DNA from: a bacterium
Lineage (GTDB): Bacteria > Cyanobacteriota > Vampirovibrionia > Gastranaerophilales > UBA9971
NCBI GenBank assembly: GCA_037147175.1
Contig: JBAWVS010000003.1
Coordinates: 9,864-73,863 of the forward strand
Length of the DNA: 64,000 nucleotides
Direction: 5' to 3'
Positions 1 to 10,094 of this stretch are shown here, piece after piece (position 1 is the stretch's first letter; each line of letters begins with the position of its first letter). The notes beneath the pieces were generated by a model, which saw nothing but the letters and a program-made list of their open reading frames with translations, was not told the origin of the DNA and searched no databases. The translations under genes and the position numbers were made by a program.

Positions 1-2655
1 ATTATTACCGCTATGAAGAGGCAATGAAGATGGGGTTATATCTGCCAAAATTTTTCTTAAATTATTAGGAATTAAAGAGGATTTTGCTGTTTCTTTAAGC
101 ATTGCAACGTTAAAATTTCTTATTTGCAACTCTATATCAGGCACTACAGGAGCTTTTGTATTGATGTTTGCTTTAAGATTAGAAACTTTGCCTTTGACAG
201 TAAAATCCGTATTTGCAATACTTGCTTGCATTTCTGGAGTTTGAACAGAATCATCAGTTATGGTAAAAGTTCCTTTAGCAATTTTTATCGGGAAACCAGT
301 ATTTTTTTGTATAAAAACTGCATTCGTATTCTCAAAAATCAGGCTTTCAAGGCAATCATCATTAGATTTTCCCTTGAGTTTCAATTTAAAAGAAGCTCTT
401 CCTTTAATAAAAGAAAAATCATTAACTATTTTCTGTGCTTTAGACATTAAAGAACTGTTCATGACAAATTTCTTGGCATCTTCCAGATTAATATTTTTGG
501 AAGCAATTGAAAGATCAATATTTTTACTTAATGCAGCCACAAAACCGTCAACAGTTACGTTGTTTTTTAAGACATTGCCATTTATATTATCCATAAATAT
601 ATTTTCATTGTTGTACCTTAGCTGCCCTTTGAGATCATTAAAAGCTTCTCCATAGCCTTTATAAGAAAGATAAGCACCAACAAATTTTATAATTCCGCTT
701 GAATCAAGCTTTTCTTCTGTTCCTTTAAGAAAAATCGTAGTATCAGCAACCCCTTTTATGTCCATAATGTCTTTTAATGAGACCTGCACTTTTTTAAGGA
801 GAGGGCTGCCATATATAAACTTTTGTCCTTTTTTTAAATCAAGATTAGGCATATATAATTTTATGTCAGAATACCCGTGAAGTGTTGAATATCCTGAGGG
901 AATCAACTTTATTCCTTCCACAACACCGCTAAGATCATCATAAAAAACCTTTTCTCCATTGAATTTCACTTTTCCGTTAACATTTTCCGCTTTACTTGCA
1001 AGGGTTTTGTACTTTACCTTTGCATTTTTGGTTTCTACATATCCGTTTATTGTTACGTCTTTAAATGCTCCTACTATATCAAGACTGACTTTTCCTCTTC
1101 CTGTTATGTCCATTTCCGTAACAGGTGCTAGTTTAAACTGAAACATATCTCTGACAGCAAGCAAGACAGGTAATGTTGTTGCAAAATCTATGTTTTGAGT
1201 TGAATTTATCTTAAGATCAACTTTTTTTCCCTTGAAAGGAACTATAGTACCTGTTGTTTTAACAAATCCATTTTTGCTCAGGTACTGTGTACTGTCCAAG
1301 ACCAGCGTAGAACCCAAAAAATCCACGCTGCCATAACCGTTGGGAGAATCGGGAACTTTTTCTACTACTGAAAAATCATCGTATTTAATTTTTCCAAAAA
1401 GGGCAGGTCTTTTATAATAGCCTTTTGCTGTTATATTTCCTGATATATTACCGTCTATATTATGTTTTATAATTTTATTAAACGGATCCAGAGCAACATT
1501 AATATTTTTAGGAAATATTTCTGCTGCTGTCTTTGCTCTTGTTCCTTCTACTTCAACATTTAAATCTACGTTTCTGATTTTTTTTCTGGCAAAATTGCTT
1601 ATTTTTCCTTTGATAGATGTATTAATTCCTTTTCCGTTAACCTGAAAATTATCTAAATACAAATCATTATCATCAAAATTCCCGTTCGTTTGAAAGATTA
1701 ACGAGCCTTTATGAGACAAAATATTTCCATAAAACTCATCAGATGCAGACGAAGCTTGAGATTCTTTTTTTTCTCTCAGTCCGCTGCTTATATTCAGATT
1801 GTTAATTTTTGAATTAATGAAGAATTTTCTTTTGCCGACAATTTCTGTATTTAAATCTATATCAAAGTTTACACTGCCAATTCCCGTAAAATCCGAGAAA
1901 TAACGGGAACTATATCTGTTTATGTAAGGTTTGAACTCTGAAAGATCAAATTTTTCAATGATTCCTCTGATTTTTAACCTATTTTTTGTTGGATTTATTT
2001 TCTTTAAAGGAAGATCTGCATCCAAAGTTAAAGCATAGAGCATTTCGGGTTTTTTTAACTCAGAAACAGCTCCTACTGCTTGAATTTTAATATATTTATC
2101 AGGAGTAAAATTCTCTATTTTTAGATTTTTTCCGCTAAAAACAAAATCTTTTTCAGGAGATATATTTTTATCTATGAAATTGAGTTTATAATTACTTAAA
2201 TTTATTGAAGTGTTTTTAAATTCAACTTTATATTTTGCTTTTCCTTTTTTGGCAAAGATTTTGTTTATATCGAAAGTTCCGTCTTTAGTTCTTGTAATAA
2301 TCCCGTCAAGATTGTTTATAACGGCTTCGCGAATCACAACATGTTTATTCAACAAAGGAAGCAGCGAAACCTCAATGCGAGAATCACCAATACTTATAAA
2401 TTTGCTCCCATTCGGCTTTCTTAGAAAAGCTTTATCAATTTTAATTTTCATCCCTAAATTCCAGGTCATATCAATATCAAGTTTTCCTAAAACAAGTGGA
2501 ACAGAAACACGTTCCATAAGATATTCCCTTATTTCAGGCTTGTATTTTTCTATATTAATAATTGCAGGCAACGCAAAAAAATATGCTAAATTAAGCACAA
2601 TAAAAAAAATAAAAATACTTGAAAAAATTATATTTTTTTTAAAATCGGGTTTCAT
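1..2655 (-). CDS. AsmA-family envelope-assembly protein, partial (885 codons in window; C-terminus lies beyond the left edge)
   Basis: Absent from the ORF track because no stop lies in the window. Read by hand: ATG at 2655..2653, then MKPDFKKNIIFSSIFIFFIVLNLAYFFALPAIINIEKYKPEIREYLMERVSVPLVLGKLDIDMTW... This is an N-terminal membrane anchor followed by a long beta-rich region, as in AsmA/TamB-like proteins. I checked the frame (plus-strand triplets 1-3, 4-6, ...) over about 15 sequence lines and found no in-frame tta/cta/tca. All plus-strand track ORFs here are short shadows. Confidence 0.6.
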   Translation of the reverse strand, partial: MKPDFKKNIIFSSIFIFFIVLNLAYFFALPAIINIEKYKPEIREYLMERVSVPLVLGKLDIDMTWNLGMKIKIDKAFLRKPNGSKFISIGDSRIEVSLLPLLNKHVVIREAVINNLDGIITRTKDGTFDINKIFAKKGKAKYKVEFKNTSINLSNYKLNFIDKNISPEKDFVFSGKNLKIENFTPDKYIKIQAVGAVSELKKPEMLYALTLDADLPLKKINPTKNRLKIRGIIEKFDLSEFKPYINRYSSRYFSDFTGIGSVNFDIDLNTEIVGKRKFFINSKINNLNISSGLREKKESQASSASDEFYGNILSHKGSLIFQTNGNFDDNDLYLDNFQVNGKGINTSIKGKISNFARKKIRNVDLNVEVEGTRAKTAAEIFPKNINVALDPFNKIIKHNIDGNISGNITAKGYYKRPALFGKIKYDDFSVVEKVPDSPNGYGSVDFLGSTLVLDSTQYLSKNGFVKTTGTIVPFKGKKVDLKINSTQNIDFATTLPVLLAVRDMFQFKLAPVTEMDITGRGKVSLDIVGAFKDVTINGYVETKNAKVKYKTLASKAENVNGKVKFNGEKVFYDDLSGVVEGIKLIPSGYSTLHGYSDIKLYMPNLDLKKGQKFIYGSPLLKKVQVSLKDIMDIKGVADTTIFLKGTEEKLDSSGIIKFVGAYLSYKGYGEAFNDLKGQLRYNNENIFMDNINGNVLKNNVTVDGFVAALSKNIDLSIASKNINLEDAKKFVMNSSLMSKAQKIVNDFSFIKGRASFKLKLKGKSNDDCLESLIFENTNAVFIQKNTGFPIKIAKGTFTITDDSVQTPEMQASIANTDFTVKGKVSNLKANINTKAPVVPDIELQIRNFNVAMLKETAKSSLIPNNLRKILADITPSSLPLHSGNN

Positions 2656-2785
2656 TAAACCTGTTATTACAAATTTTCCTGCTACTTCTCTAATATTACT
2701 ATATTAACTGACTTTTCATCAACAATTATACCTCTAACAAGTTGATGTTTTTACGGTTAAAACATCCTCAAGCCTTATTTGTACT

Positions 2786-3976
2786 TTATTTTGCAGTGAT
2801 TTTAAAATTACTGACATCAAAAACTTCCAAATTATCAGGCAATTTTGATATTTTAACGGAAATAGTTTCTTTTTTTCCTTTTCTTATAATATTCATAATG
2901 ATTTTATTACCGGCATGCGTTTCGGCAACTTCATTTTTGACCTGAGTTATATTTTCTATTTTTTTATTATTCAACGATATTATTATATCGCCTTTTTTTA
3001 ACCCGTACATAAAAGCGGGGCTGTCTTTTATGATATCTGTAATTACAACACCTTTAACCAATTTTTTTGATAAAAATTTGGCTATTTCGATATTAGTATC
3101 TTGAATGCCTGCTCCCAGCCAACCTCTTTCAACCCTGCCGTTTTTCATAATAGAATTAATAACTTTTTTTGCCATATTGGTGGGGATTGCAAAACCTATG
3201 CCTTCATATCCTCCGCTTTTGGTAAGGATTGCCGTATTTATTCCCACAAGTTCGCCTTTTGTATTAACCAGCGCACCTCCTGAACTTCCCGGATTTATTG
3301 CTGCATCTGTCTGAATAAAATTTTCATACTCAACAATGCCTATATTTGTACGTCCTACTGCGCTTATTATCCCCATGGTTACAGTTTCACCTATCCCAAA
3401 GGGATTTCCTACCGCAATTACTACATCACCAACAATAGCTTTGTCAGAATCACCTAATTTTATAATCGGAAGGTCGTTTGCATTTATTTTAATTATAGCC
3501 AAATCGGTTTTTGGGTCAGTACCGACTGTTTTTGCCATGAATCTTTTTCCGTTGGAAAGGCTTACACTGATATTTCCGCCAAGATTTTCTACTACATGAT
3601 TATTTGTCAAAATATACCCGTCATGAGAAATAATTATACCTGAGCCTAAGCTGAAATATCTCTTTTCTAAAGGTCTATATATGTTTGTGGATGTATTTCT
3701 CAACACAAATTGGGATAAATTTCTACTTCCAAGTGAAATATTAACGACAGCAGGAGTAGCCAACTTTGCCGACAAAGACATGGAAGCAGGTTCTGTAGTG
3801 ATATTTGTTTTAGTTTTATTATCTGAAATAATATTTTTTTGGATGTTTTCATAATTTGTATTTTTATATGACAAAGAATTTTTATATGAAATCTGTCCAC
3901 CTTCATATCCCGAAAAAAATGATAAAATCAGAACGAAAATTACTAATATAAAGTCTTTTTTATTAATCTTTTGCAA
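2786..3976 (-). CDS. htrA: HtrA/DegP-family periplasmic serine protease with one PDZ domain
   Basis: Catalytic triad contexts are present: TNNHVV (His), DLAIIK (Asp), NPGSSGGALV (Ser). A C-terminal PDZ-like segment follows (GVVITDIIKDSPAFMYGLKKGDIIISLNNK). There is an N-terminal TM/signal segment. TTG start is preceded by AGGAGA. Confidence 0.9.
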   Translation of the reverse strand: MQKINKKDFILVIFVLILSFFSGYEGGQISYKNSLSYKNTNYENIQKNIISDNKTKTNITTEPASMSLSAKLATPAVVNISLGSRNLSQFVLRNTSTNIYRPLEKRYFSLGSGIIISHDGYILTNNHVVENLGGNISVSLSNGKRFMAKTVGTDPKTDLAIIKINANDLPIIKLGDSDKAIVGDVVIAVGNPFGIGETVTMGIISAVGRTNIGIVEYENFIQTDAAINPGSSGGALVNTKGELVGINTAILTKSGGYEGIGFAIPTNMAKKVINSIMKNGRVERGWLGAGIQDTNIEIAKFLSKKLVKGVVITDIIKDSPAFMYGLKKGDIIISLNNKKIENITQVKNEVAETHAGNKIIMNIIRKGKKETISVKISKLPDNLEVFDVSNFKITAK

Positions 3977-4053
3977 TTTAATCTCCTGTTATTAATGTTG
4001 ACTTTGGGTTTGATAATTTTATTTTGACAAGTTTTTGCAACAACTTGAAAAAA

Positions 4054-6252
4054 TTATTGCTGATAGTTGTTGTAATTTTGCTGAGGATATTGATAAGTTT
4101 GATTTTGCTCCTCCTGCTGTTTTGCTTTTTTGTATCTGTTTTCATAATCATTTTCATCAGGAACATAAGTTCTCTCAGGAAGTTTAATTTCATTATTATT
4201 CGCTTTATTTTCCTTTGTTTTAAGCTTTTTAAACTTATATTTCTTTTTGTTTTTGTAATTTTGTTTTTTTAATGAACTTTTAATCCCTGTTTTTTTATTT
4301 AAATCTTCTTCTGTTTTTATTTTAACTTTAGCGGCTACCTGATTTTTTATTTCCATTTCGGAAAGAGGAAAGGGTTCAGGCGGAATCTTTTTAATTTTGT
4401 AGTATTCTGTACTGAATTTATTCCATAGAACAGCGCAATTACTGCTGAACACTCCGCTTAACGTCTGGTTTTCATCATTGCCCATCCATATTGTAGTTGC
4501 GGTATCAGGAGTGAATCCGTTAAACCAGATATCTTTTACACTGTCAGTTGTCCCTGTTTTTCCTGCTACCTGTCTATCTTCAAGCTTAGCTGACTTTCCT
4601 GTGCCTTTTTCAACGACATCTACAAGGATAGAATCTAATTCTCTAACAGGTTCCTGCTTTACAACCCTTACAGGCGTGTTATTAGAAACTTCAAGAACAT
4701 TTCCTTTGTTATCTTTAACAAATCTTATTGCTACTGGCTCGATATAGACACCATCACGAGCCAGTGTGCTATAAACAGCAGCCACTTCCAGAGGTGTAAT
4801 CTCAGATGAGCCAAGAACCATGGAAAAACCTCGCCTTATATAGCTTTTAATGCCCAGCAATCTTGCTGTTTCAATTATTTTATCAACACCAACTTTCAGG
4901 GCAATTCTGACAGTCGGCGTATTTCTTGATAGAGTAAGAGCTTTTCTTACAGTTAATTTCCCTAAATATTTACCGTCCCAATTATGCGGACACCATACAT
5001 TCCACTTTGTACGATAAGCAACAGGCGCATCAAATATCGTAGACTCAGGATTAATTGCACCTAGCCGCAACCCTGTCAGGTAAACAACTGGTTTAAATCC
5101 TGAGCCTACAGGTCTTTTAGCTAAAACTGCCCTGTTAAATTGGCTCTTTGTAAAGTCAACACCTCCGACAAGAGCCTGAACATAACCATTTTTAACATTA
5201 ATTGAAACAAGAGCGCCTTCTCTTACTCCGCATCCTTTTGGTAAAGCCTTTATGCCTTCTGTAATGGTTTTTTCCGCAATTTGCTGCACTTCCGGATCCA
5301 AAGTCGTATAAACATTCAGTCCGCCTCTTCTGACAATATTATCGCCATATCTTTTTCTTAACACGTAAGACACATAATCTACAAAATAAATATACTTTGC
5401 GTAGGCAAATTTACGCGGCGCAAGCTTCAATGGTCCTGCATAAGCCGAATATTTCTGTTTTTTGGTTATAAAACCAAATTCATACATTTTATTTAGCACT
5501 ACCATCTGCCTTTTTTTGGCATCTTTCATATTAGTGTAAGGAGAATAAAGCTCAGGAGCTCGAATTAATCCTGCGAGCATAGAAGATTCAGCTAAATTAA
5601 GATCTTTTGCCGATTTTTTAAAATATCTTCTGGCTCCTTTTTCAATACCATAGGCTTGATTTCCCCAATAAATCTGATTCAGGTATTTTTCAAGAATTTC
5701 ATTTTTTGAATAATACATTTCAACTTTTATAGCAAGAATTGCTTCCAGAAACTTTCTTTTTATCGATCTTTCAGGCGTTAAAAAAGAATTTTTTACCAAC
5801 TGCTGGGTTAAAGTACTTCCTCCCTGAATCGAATCCCTATGCAAAAGATTATTATAAAAAGCCCTAACGGTACCCATTAAATCAATTCCGCTGTGGCTGT
5901 AAAATCGGTTGTCTTCGATAGAAATAACTGCGCTTTGTAAATAGCGGGAAATTTTATTAAGTGGCACGGAAATCCTGTCTTCATCAGCATGAATGCTTGC
6001 AACAAGATTATTATTTATATCAAAAATCTGGGTTGATTGATCAGGAGCATAAGAATTTAAAAAAGATACATCCGGAAACTCCGCTAAAGTCTTTAACAAA
6101 TAAACCGATACGCCAAGACTTAATAAAAAAATAAGAAGACCTGCTATAGCAAAAATCCTTTTAAAAGCCGACTTAAAGAGTTCTGACCTTTCAAGTTCAG
6201 TTTTGGAAAGAAGATCAATATTATAAAAATGGTTTATTGGTCGATTTTTCAT
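4054..6252 (-). CDS. mrcA: Class A penicillin-binding protein (PBP1A-type transglycosylase/transpeptidase) with low-complexity K/N/Q-rich tail
   Basis: GT51 motifs: IEDNRFYSHSGID, GGSTLTQQL, RKFLEAILA. Transpeptidase motifs: SGFK (SxxK), SRN, KTGT. N-terminal TM helix; SD AAAGGTG before the ATG. Confidence 0.9.
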   Translation of the reverse strand: MKNRPINHFYNIDLLSKTELERSELFKSAFKRIFAIAGLLIFLLSLGVSVYLLKTLAEFPDVSFLNSYAPDQSTQIFDINNNLVASIHADEDRISVPLNKISRYLQSAVISIEDNRFYSHSGIDLMGTVRAFYNNLLHRDSIQGGSTLTQQLVKNSFLTPERSIKRKFLEAILAIKVEMYYSKNEILEKYLNQIYWGNQAYGIEKGARRYFKKSAKDLNLAESSMLAGLIRAPELYSPYTNMKDAKKRQMVVLNKMYEFGFITKKQKYSAYAGPLKLAPRKFAYAKYIYFVDYVSYVLRKRYGDNIVRRGGLNVYTTLDPEVQQIAEKTITEGIKALPKGCGVREGALVSINVKNGYVQALVGGVDFTKSQFNRAVLAKRPVGSGFKPVVYLTGLRLGAINPESTIFDAPVAYRTKWNVWCPHNWDGKYLGKLTVRKALTLSRNTPTVRIALKVGVDKIIETARLLGIKSYIRRGFSMVLGSSEITPLEVAAVYSTLARDGVYIEPVAIRFVKDNKGNVLEVSNNTPVRVVKQEPVRELDSILVDVVEKGTGKSAKLEDRQVAGKTGTTDSVKDIWFNGFTPDTATTIWMGNDENQTLSGVFSSNCAVLWNKFSTEYYKIKKIPPEPFPLSEMEIKNQVAAKVKIKTEEDLNKKTGIKSSLKKQNYKNKKKYKFKKLKTKENKANNNEIKLPERTYVPDENDYENRYKKAKQQEEQNQTYQYPQQNYNNYQQ

Positions 6253-6552
6253 TTACACCTTTAATTTTACTGAATTATTTTATATCAGTTAGTTTCTATA
6301 AAAATGCGTCTGTAAGGCATAGTCTATTGGATGTTTTAACACACAATTAAGTTAACTTGAGATTATATTTATATATTGAAATCATTAAAAATCTAATGGC
6401 ATGAAAAAATCATCTCGGGACAATAAAAAAGCATGAAATTTTAGCCATGTAAGGAATTTAAAACATAGAAAAAATTGAATAATCTGTTATACAGATACAA
6501 AAACATTCAAAGACTTTTCAAAATTTTCTGAATAGCTTATGAGCTCTTTTTA

Positions 6553-6561
6553 TGTTATTAT
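6553..6561 (+). promoter_or_regulatory. Extended -10 promoter element TGTTATTAT for the small ORF at 6629
   Basis: TGn + TATTAT lies about 68 nt upstream of the ATG. This is the same architecture as the other hand-found promoters in the window. Confidence 0.35.
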
Positions 6562-6628
6562 ATAAATATAAAAACAAAAGTGTCTGTTCTACACTTATTT
6601 ACTAAACTGGAAAAAGGAGGCAATTAAC

Positions 6629-6781
6629 ATGGCGACCTTAACGAACATCAAAGTAAACAAAAAAACGGGTTTAAACGATGAATTTGAAAAATACCTTGAT
6701 AAACAAAGGGGTTATACAACATTCAACGGTATTGAGGTTGCTAAATTCTCTTCTTATAAAAAGCTTTTAGGTCTTAAATAA
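6629..6781 (+). CDS. Small hypothetical protein, 50 aa (MATLTNIKVNKKTGLNDEFEKYLDKQRGYTTFNGIEVAKFSSYKKLLGLK)
   Basis: Below the ORF-track size cut-off. Strong SD AAAAAGGAGG at 6611..6620, 8 nt before the ATG. An extended -10 lies upstream and an intrinsic terminator directly downstream. Confidence 0.5.
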   Translation: MATLTNIKVNKKTGLNDEFEKYLDKQRGYTTFNGIEVAKFSSYKKLLGLK

Positions 6782-6809
6782 ATAATTTTATAAAATAATA
6801 TAAAAAAAA

Positions 6810-6840
6810 GGAGAAAACAAAATTTTCTCCTTTTTTATTT
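6810..6840. terminator. Intrinsic terminator between convergent genes (GGAGAAAA / TTTTCTCC stem, then T-run; A-run on the other side)
   Basis: Stem 6810..6817 pairs with 6823..6830, with a 5-nt loop. It is followed by TTTTTTATTT and preceded by A8, so it can act on both strands. Confidence 0.6.
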
Positions 6841-6851
6841 AGAATTTTTAA

Positions 6852-7718
6852 TTAATTAGCTGCTATTTCAAGGCGGCTTTTTTCTTTTTTAAGCTCTGTT
6901 AACACCCATGCAGGGACATGGACTTTCCCCAGAACAAGCTGTCCGTTCGGTCTTGGGCCGTGACAATCCGAGCCTCCCGTCATTATTAATTTATATTTTT
7001 CTGCAATACTTGAATAATATTCTATTATTGCAGGTGAATGTTTTCTGTGATAGACTTCTACGCCTCTTAGACCGTAGTTCATTAGCTCTTTTATAAGGTC
7101 TTCAGCACCATTAAGATCACAAGGATGAGCTACAACAGGAATTCCGCCTGATTCATAAATTGTTTCAACTGCTTCAAAAGGCGAAACTGTTTTTCGTTTT
7201 ACATAGGTCGGGGAATTATCGCAAATATATCTTCTGTAGGCTTCAATCATATTTGAAACCCCGCCAGCATTAACTATTGCTTTTGCAATATGCGGTCTGC
7301 CAACACTACCGCCTTCTTTAACAAGTGAAGTTACATCCTCAAGCTTGATATTGATTTTAGCTTCATCTTTAAGTTTTTTAACTATTTCAATTGTTTGTTG
7401 AATTCTTACATGCTGCTGATAGGCGATTAAATCCTGCATTTGTTTGTTAGCGGAATTTATATAATAACCGAGAATATGCACTTCCTGCTTTTCATGCATT
7501 GTATTAATTTCAATTCCGGGGATAATCTCAAGCTGAGTATTTCCTGTTTCTTTTGAACGCATTTCAGCATGACTTCTTGCATATTCATATGCAAGGATGT
7601 TGTCATGATCAGTAATAGAAACAGCCGCCAATCCTAAGTTTATGGTAACGTCAACAATTTCCTCAGGGGTAAGACTCCCATCAGAATAGACGCTATGGGT
7701 ATGCAAATCTAGTCCCAA
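6852..7718 (-). CDS. PHP-domain metal-dependent phosphoesterase (TrpH/YciV-like)
   Basis: Motifs: DLHTHSVYSDG at the N-terminus, SITDHDN, HILGY, VAHP, GGSDCHG. Confidence 0.8.
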   Translation of the reverse strand: MGLDLHTHSVYSDGSLTPEEIVDVTINLGLAAVSITDHDNILAYEYARSHAEMRSKETGNTQLEIIPGIEINTMHEKQEVHILGYYINSANKQMQDLIAYQQHVRIQQTIEIVKKLKDEAKINIKLEDVTSLVKEGGSVGRPHIAKAIVNAGGVSNMIEAYRRYICDNSPTYVKRKTVSPFEAVETIYESGGIPVVAHPCDLNGAEDLIKELMNYGLRGVEVYHRKHSPAIIEYYSSIAEKYKLIMTGGSDCHGPRPNGQLVLGKVHVPAWVLTELKKEKSRLEIAAN

Positions 7719-7745
7719 TTTTTTATCCTTTCATAATAAATTACC

Positions 7746-8549
7746 TCAACTACTTAAATTAAATACATTATTAATTCTTTTTATATTCAATGCACACCCT
7801 GTTTTGGCATTGATACTTAATTCTATTCCGTTTACCTGAACTTCATCACTGGAAACCACTTCAAATTTAACAGGCAAACAAGTAACCAACCTTTTCACAG
7901 ATTCTTCTATATCCATACCTATGACGCTGTTATAAGCTCCGCAAAACCCTGCATCGGTAATATAGGCAGCGCCATTCTCTAAAATTTTCTCATCTGCCGT
8001 CTGTATATGAGTATGCGTTCCTATAACTGCACTTACTGATAATTTGTCAGCTATATAGCCGCATGACACTTTTTCTGCCGTTGCTTCCGCGTGGATATCG
8101 ATTATCACAACTGGTGTTTTATACTGAATTTTTTGAATTTCCGCTTTTAACATTTCCCATGGCGGTGTTATTGGCGACATAAATACTGTTCCCTGTATAT
8201 TAATAACGCCTACTGAAAGATTTTCAGCAAGTTCAAATACCCTTGAACCAAAACCGGGAGTGCCTTCGGGATAATTTAGAGGTCTAACAAGTTTATCTGC
8301 ATTATCTATAAAATTAAATACTTCTTTTTTGTCCCAAATATGATTACCTGAAGTCATCGCTCCTATGCCCAGAGACTCGAGTTCATGATAGTTTTTTTCA
8401 GTTAATCCAAAGCCATGAGAGGCATTTTCGATATTTGCTATAACAAAATCATATTTTTCACCGGATTGTTCGAGAAACAGGGCAACACTTTGTCTGCCTG
8501 GTTTTCCGACTATATCCCCTAGGAATAATATATTTATATTTTCTTTCAT
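7746..8549 (-). CDS. ymdB: YmdB-like metallophosphoesterase (2',3'-cyclic-nucleotide phosphodiesterase family)
   Basis: Motifs: FLGDIVGKPGR, NIENASHGFG, GNHIWD, HAEATAEK, GTHTHIQTADE. It sits immediately downstream of rny, the same gene order as in Bacillus. Confidence 0.85.
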   Translation of the reverse strand: MKENINILFLGDIVGKPGRQSVALFLEQSGEKYDFVIANIENASHGFGLTEKNYHELESLGIGAMTSGNHIWDKKEVFNFIDNADKLVRPLNYPEGTPGFGSRVFELAENLSVGVINIQGTVFMSPITPPWEMLKAEIQKIQYKTPVVIIDIHAEATAEKVSCGYIADKLSVSAVIGTHTHIQTADEKILENGAAYITDAGFCGAYNSVIGMDIEESVKRLVTCLPVKFEVVSSDEVQVNGIELSINAKTGCALNIKRINNVFNLSS

Positions 8550-8573
8550 TTTATTTCATTTTTACTATATTAA

Positions 8574-10094
8574 TTATTTTGCTATTTCAGTAGATCTGAC
8601 TTCTCTTACTACTGTAACTCGTATCTGACCGGGATAATCCAATTCTGTTTCTATTTTCTTGGCGATATCTCTTGCCAGTTTGCTTGCTGCTACATCATCA
8701 AATACTGTCGGTTGAACAAGTACTCTGATTTCGCGTCCTGCTTGAACAGCAAATGATCTTTTAATACCTTCATAGCCTGTAGCAATTTCTTCGAGTTTTT
8801 TAATTCTCTTAATATATATTTCAAGAGTATCTCGTCTTGCTCCCGGTCTTCCTGCACTTAATGCATCTGCAATTTTAACAAGTACAGCTTCCACAGAATT
8901 TGCTACAACGTCGTCATGATGGGCTTCTATAGCATGAATGATACATTCTTGCTCACCATAGCGTCTTGCAAAATCAACACCAAGCTGAATATGCGTTCCT
9001 TCATGCGTTTGGTCGAGCGCTTTACCGACATCATGGAGAAGACCTGCTCTTTTTGCAACATCAACATTTGCTCCTATCTCTGTAGCAAGCATTCCAGCGA
9101 TATGTCCTACTTCTAAAGAGTGTTTAAGAACATTTTGACCGTAGCTTGTTCTATATAGAAGCCTTCCTAAAGTTCTGATAGATTCAGGATGCAAGTTTAT
9201 GACACCTAATTCATATGCAGCGGCTTCACCTTCTTTGTACATGGTTTCTTCTATTTCGCTTTTGGCTTTTTCAACCATATCTTCTATTCGAACAGGGTGA
9301 ATTCTTCCGTCTGAAATCAATTTTTCGAGAGCTACTTTAGCTATTTGTCTTCTGACAGGATCAAATGAAGATAAAACAACCGCTTCAGGAGTATCATCAA
9401 TAATTAAGTCAACACCTGTAAGTGTTTCCAGAGCGCGGATATTTCTTCCTTCTCTGCCTATGATTCTTCCTTTCATTTCATCGTTAGGAAGGTTCACTAC
9501 AGAAACAGTTGACTCAACAGCCTGATCTATAGCACATCTTTGCATTGTAGTAGACAGGATTTCACGTGATTTTTCATTTGAAGTTTCTTTAATATAAGCT
9601 TCATTTTCACGGATAAGCTGAGCAGCTTCGAGTTTTAACTCTTTTTCCAGATGTTCGAGGAGTATTTTCTTGGCATCTTCGCTTGAAAGTCCTGAAACTC
9701 TTTCAAGTTCGCGAATATGTTTTTCTACGAGGTCTGCTAAATAATCTTCTTTTTCATACAATTCATCAAGTTTTTTAGCAAGTTCGCTTTCTCTATCGAC
9801 AGCTGACTGCATTTTGGTTTCTAATTTTTCTTCTTTCTCAAGAAGTCTTTTTTCAAGTCTTCCGAGTTCATTTCTTCTTTCACGGACTTCATTGTCAAAT
9901 TCTTGTTTTTGACTTTGAAGAGCTTCTTTTGCTGAAATTAATGCTTCTTTTTTCTGGAGTTTAATTTGTTCTTCGGCATCTTTAATTTTTCTTGCAGCTT
10001 CTTCGTTTATATTTTGAACTTTTTCATTCATGTTTTTAAGCTGAGCATACTGATAAACAGCATACGCCAAAAACAAAACTGCAAGCACAGCCAA
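8574..10094 (-). CDS. rny: Ribonuclease Y (KH + HD domains); true start probably upstream of the track start
   Basis: KH motif GRIIGREGRNIRALE. HD domain HSLEVGHIAG...LLHDVGK. Coiled-coil N-terminal part. See the finding on a possible ATC start at 10124. Confidence 0.92.
   Translation of the reverse strand: MAVLAVLFLAYAVYQYAQLKNMNEKVQNINEEAARKIKDAEEQIKLQKKEALISAKEALQSQKQEFDNEVRERRNELGRLEKRLLEKEEKLETKMQSAVDRESELAKKLDELYEKEDYLADLVEKHIRELERVSGLSSEDAKKILLEHLEKELKLEAAQLIRENEAYIKETSNEKSREILSTTMQRCAIDQAVESTVSVVNLPNDEMKGRIIGREGRNIRALETLTGVDLIIDDTPEAVVLSSFDPVRRQIAKVALEKLISDGRIHPVRIEDMVEKAKSEIEETMYKEGEAAAYELGVINLHPESIRTLGRLLYRTSYGQNVLKHSLEVGHIAGMLATEIGANVDVAKRAGLLHDVGKALDQTHEGTHIQLGVDFARRYGEQECIIHAIEAHHDDVVANSVEAVLVKIADALSAGRPGARRDTLEIYIKRIKKLEEIATGYEGIKRSFAVQAGREIRVLVQPTVFDDVAASKLARDIAKKIETELDYPGQIRVTVVREVRSTEIAK

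Noticed and set aside
124-2707. Plus-strand track ORFs 124..450, 260..655, 959..1141 and 2210..2707 as genes
   Set aside because: They lie antisense to a continuous 885-codon minus-strand AsmA-like frame. Their translations are low-complexity F/L/I/S-rich shadows with no SD.
4024-4272. Plus-strand 82-aa ORF and the minus-strand 71-aa ORF 3978..4193
   Set aside because: They overlap the low-complexity K/N/Q tail of PBP1A. Their composition (runs of L/I/F) is the mirror of that tail, and they have no expression signals.
6852-7718. PHP-domain protein as the missing histidinol-phosphatase (HisK type)
   Set aside because: Its motifs and size fit the TrpH/YciV-like group. It lies 40 kb from the his cluster, next to ymdB and rny. 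The HAD domain fused to HisC is the better candidate.
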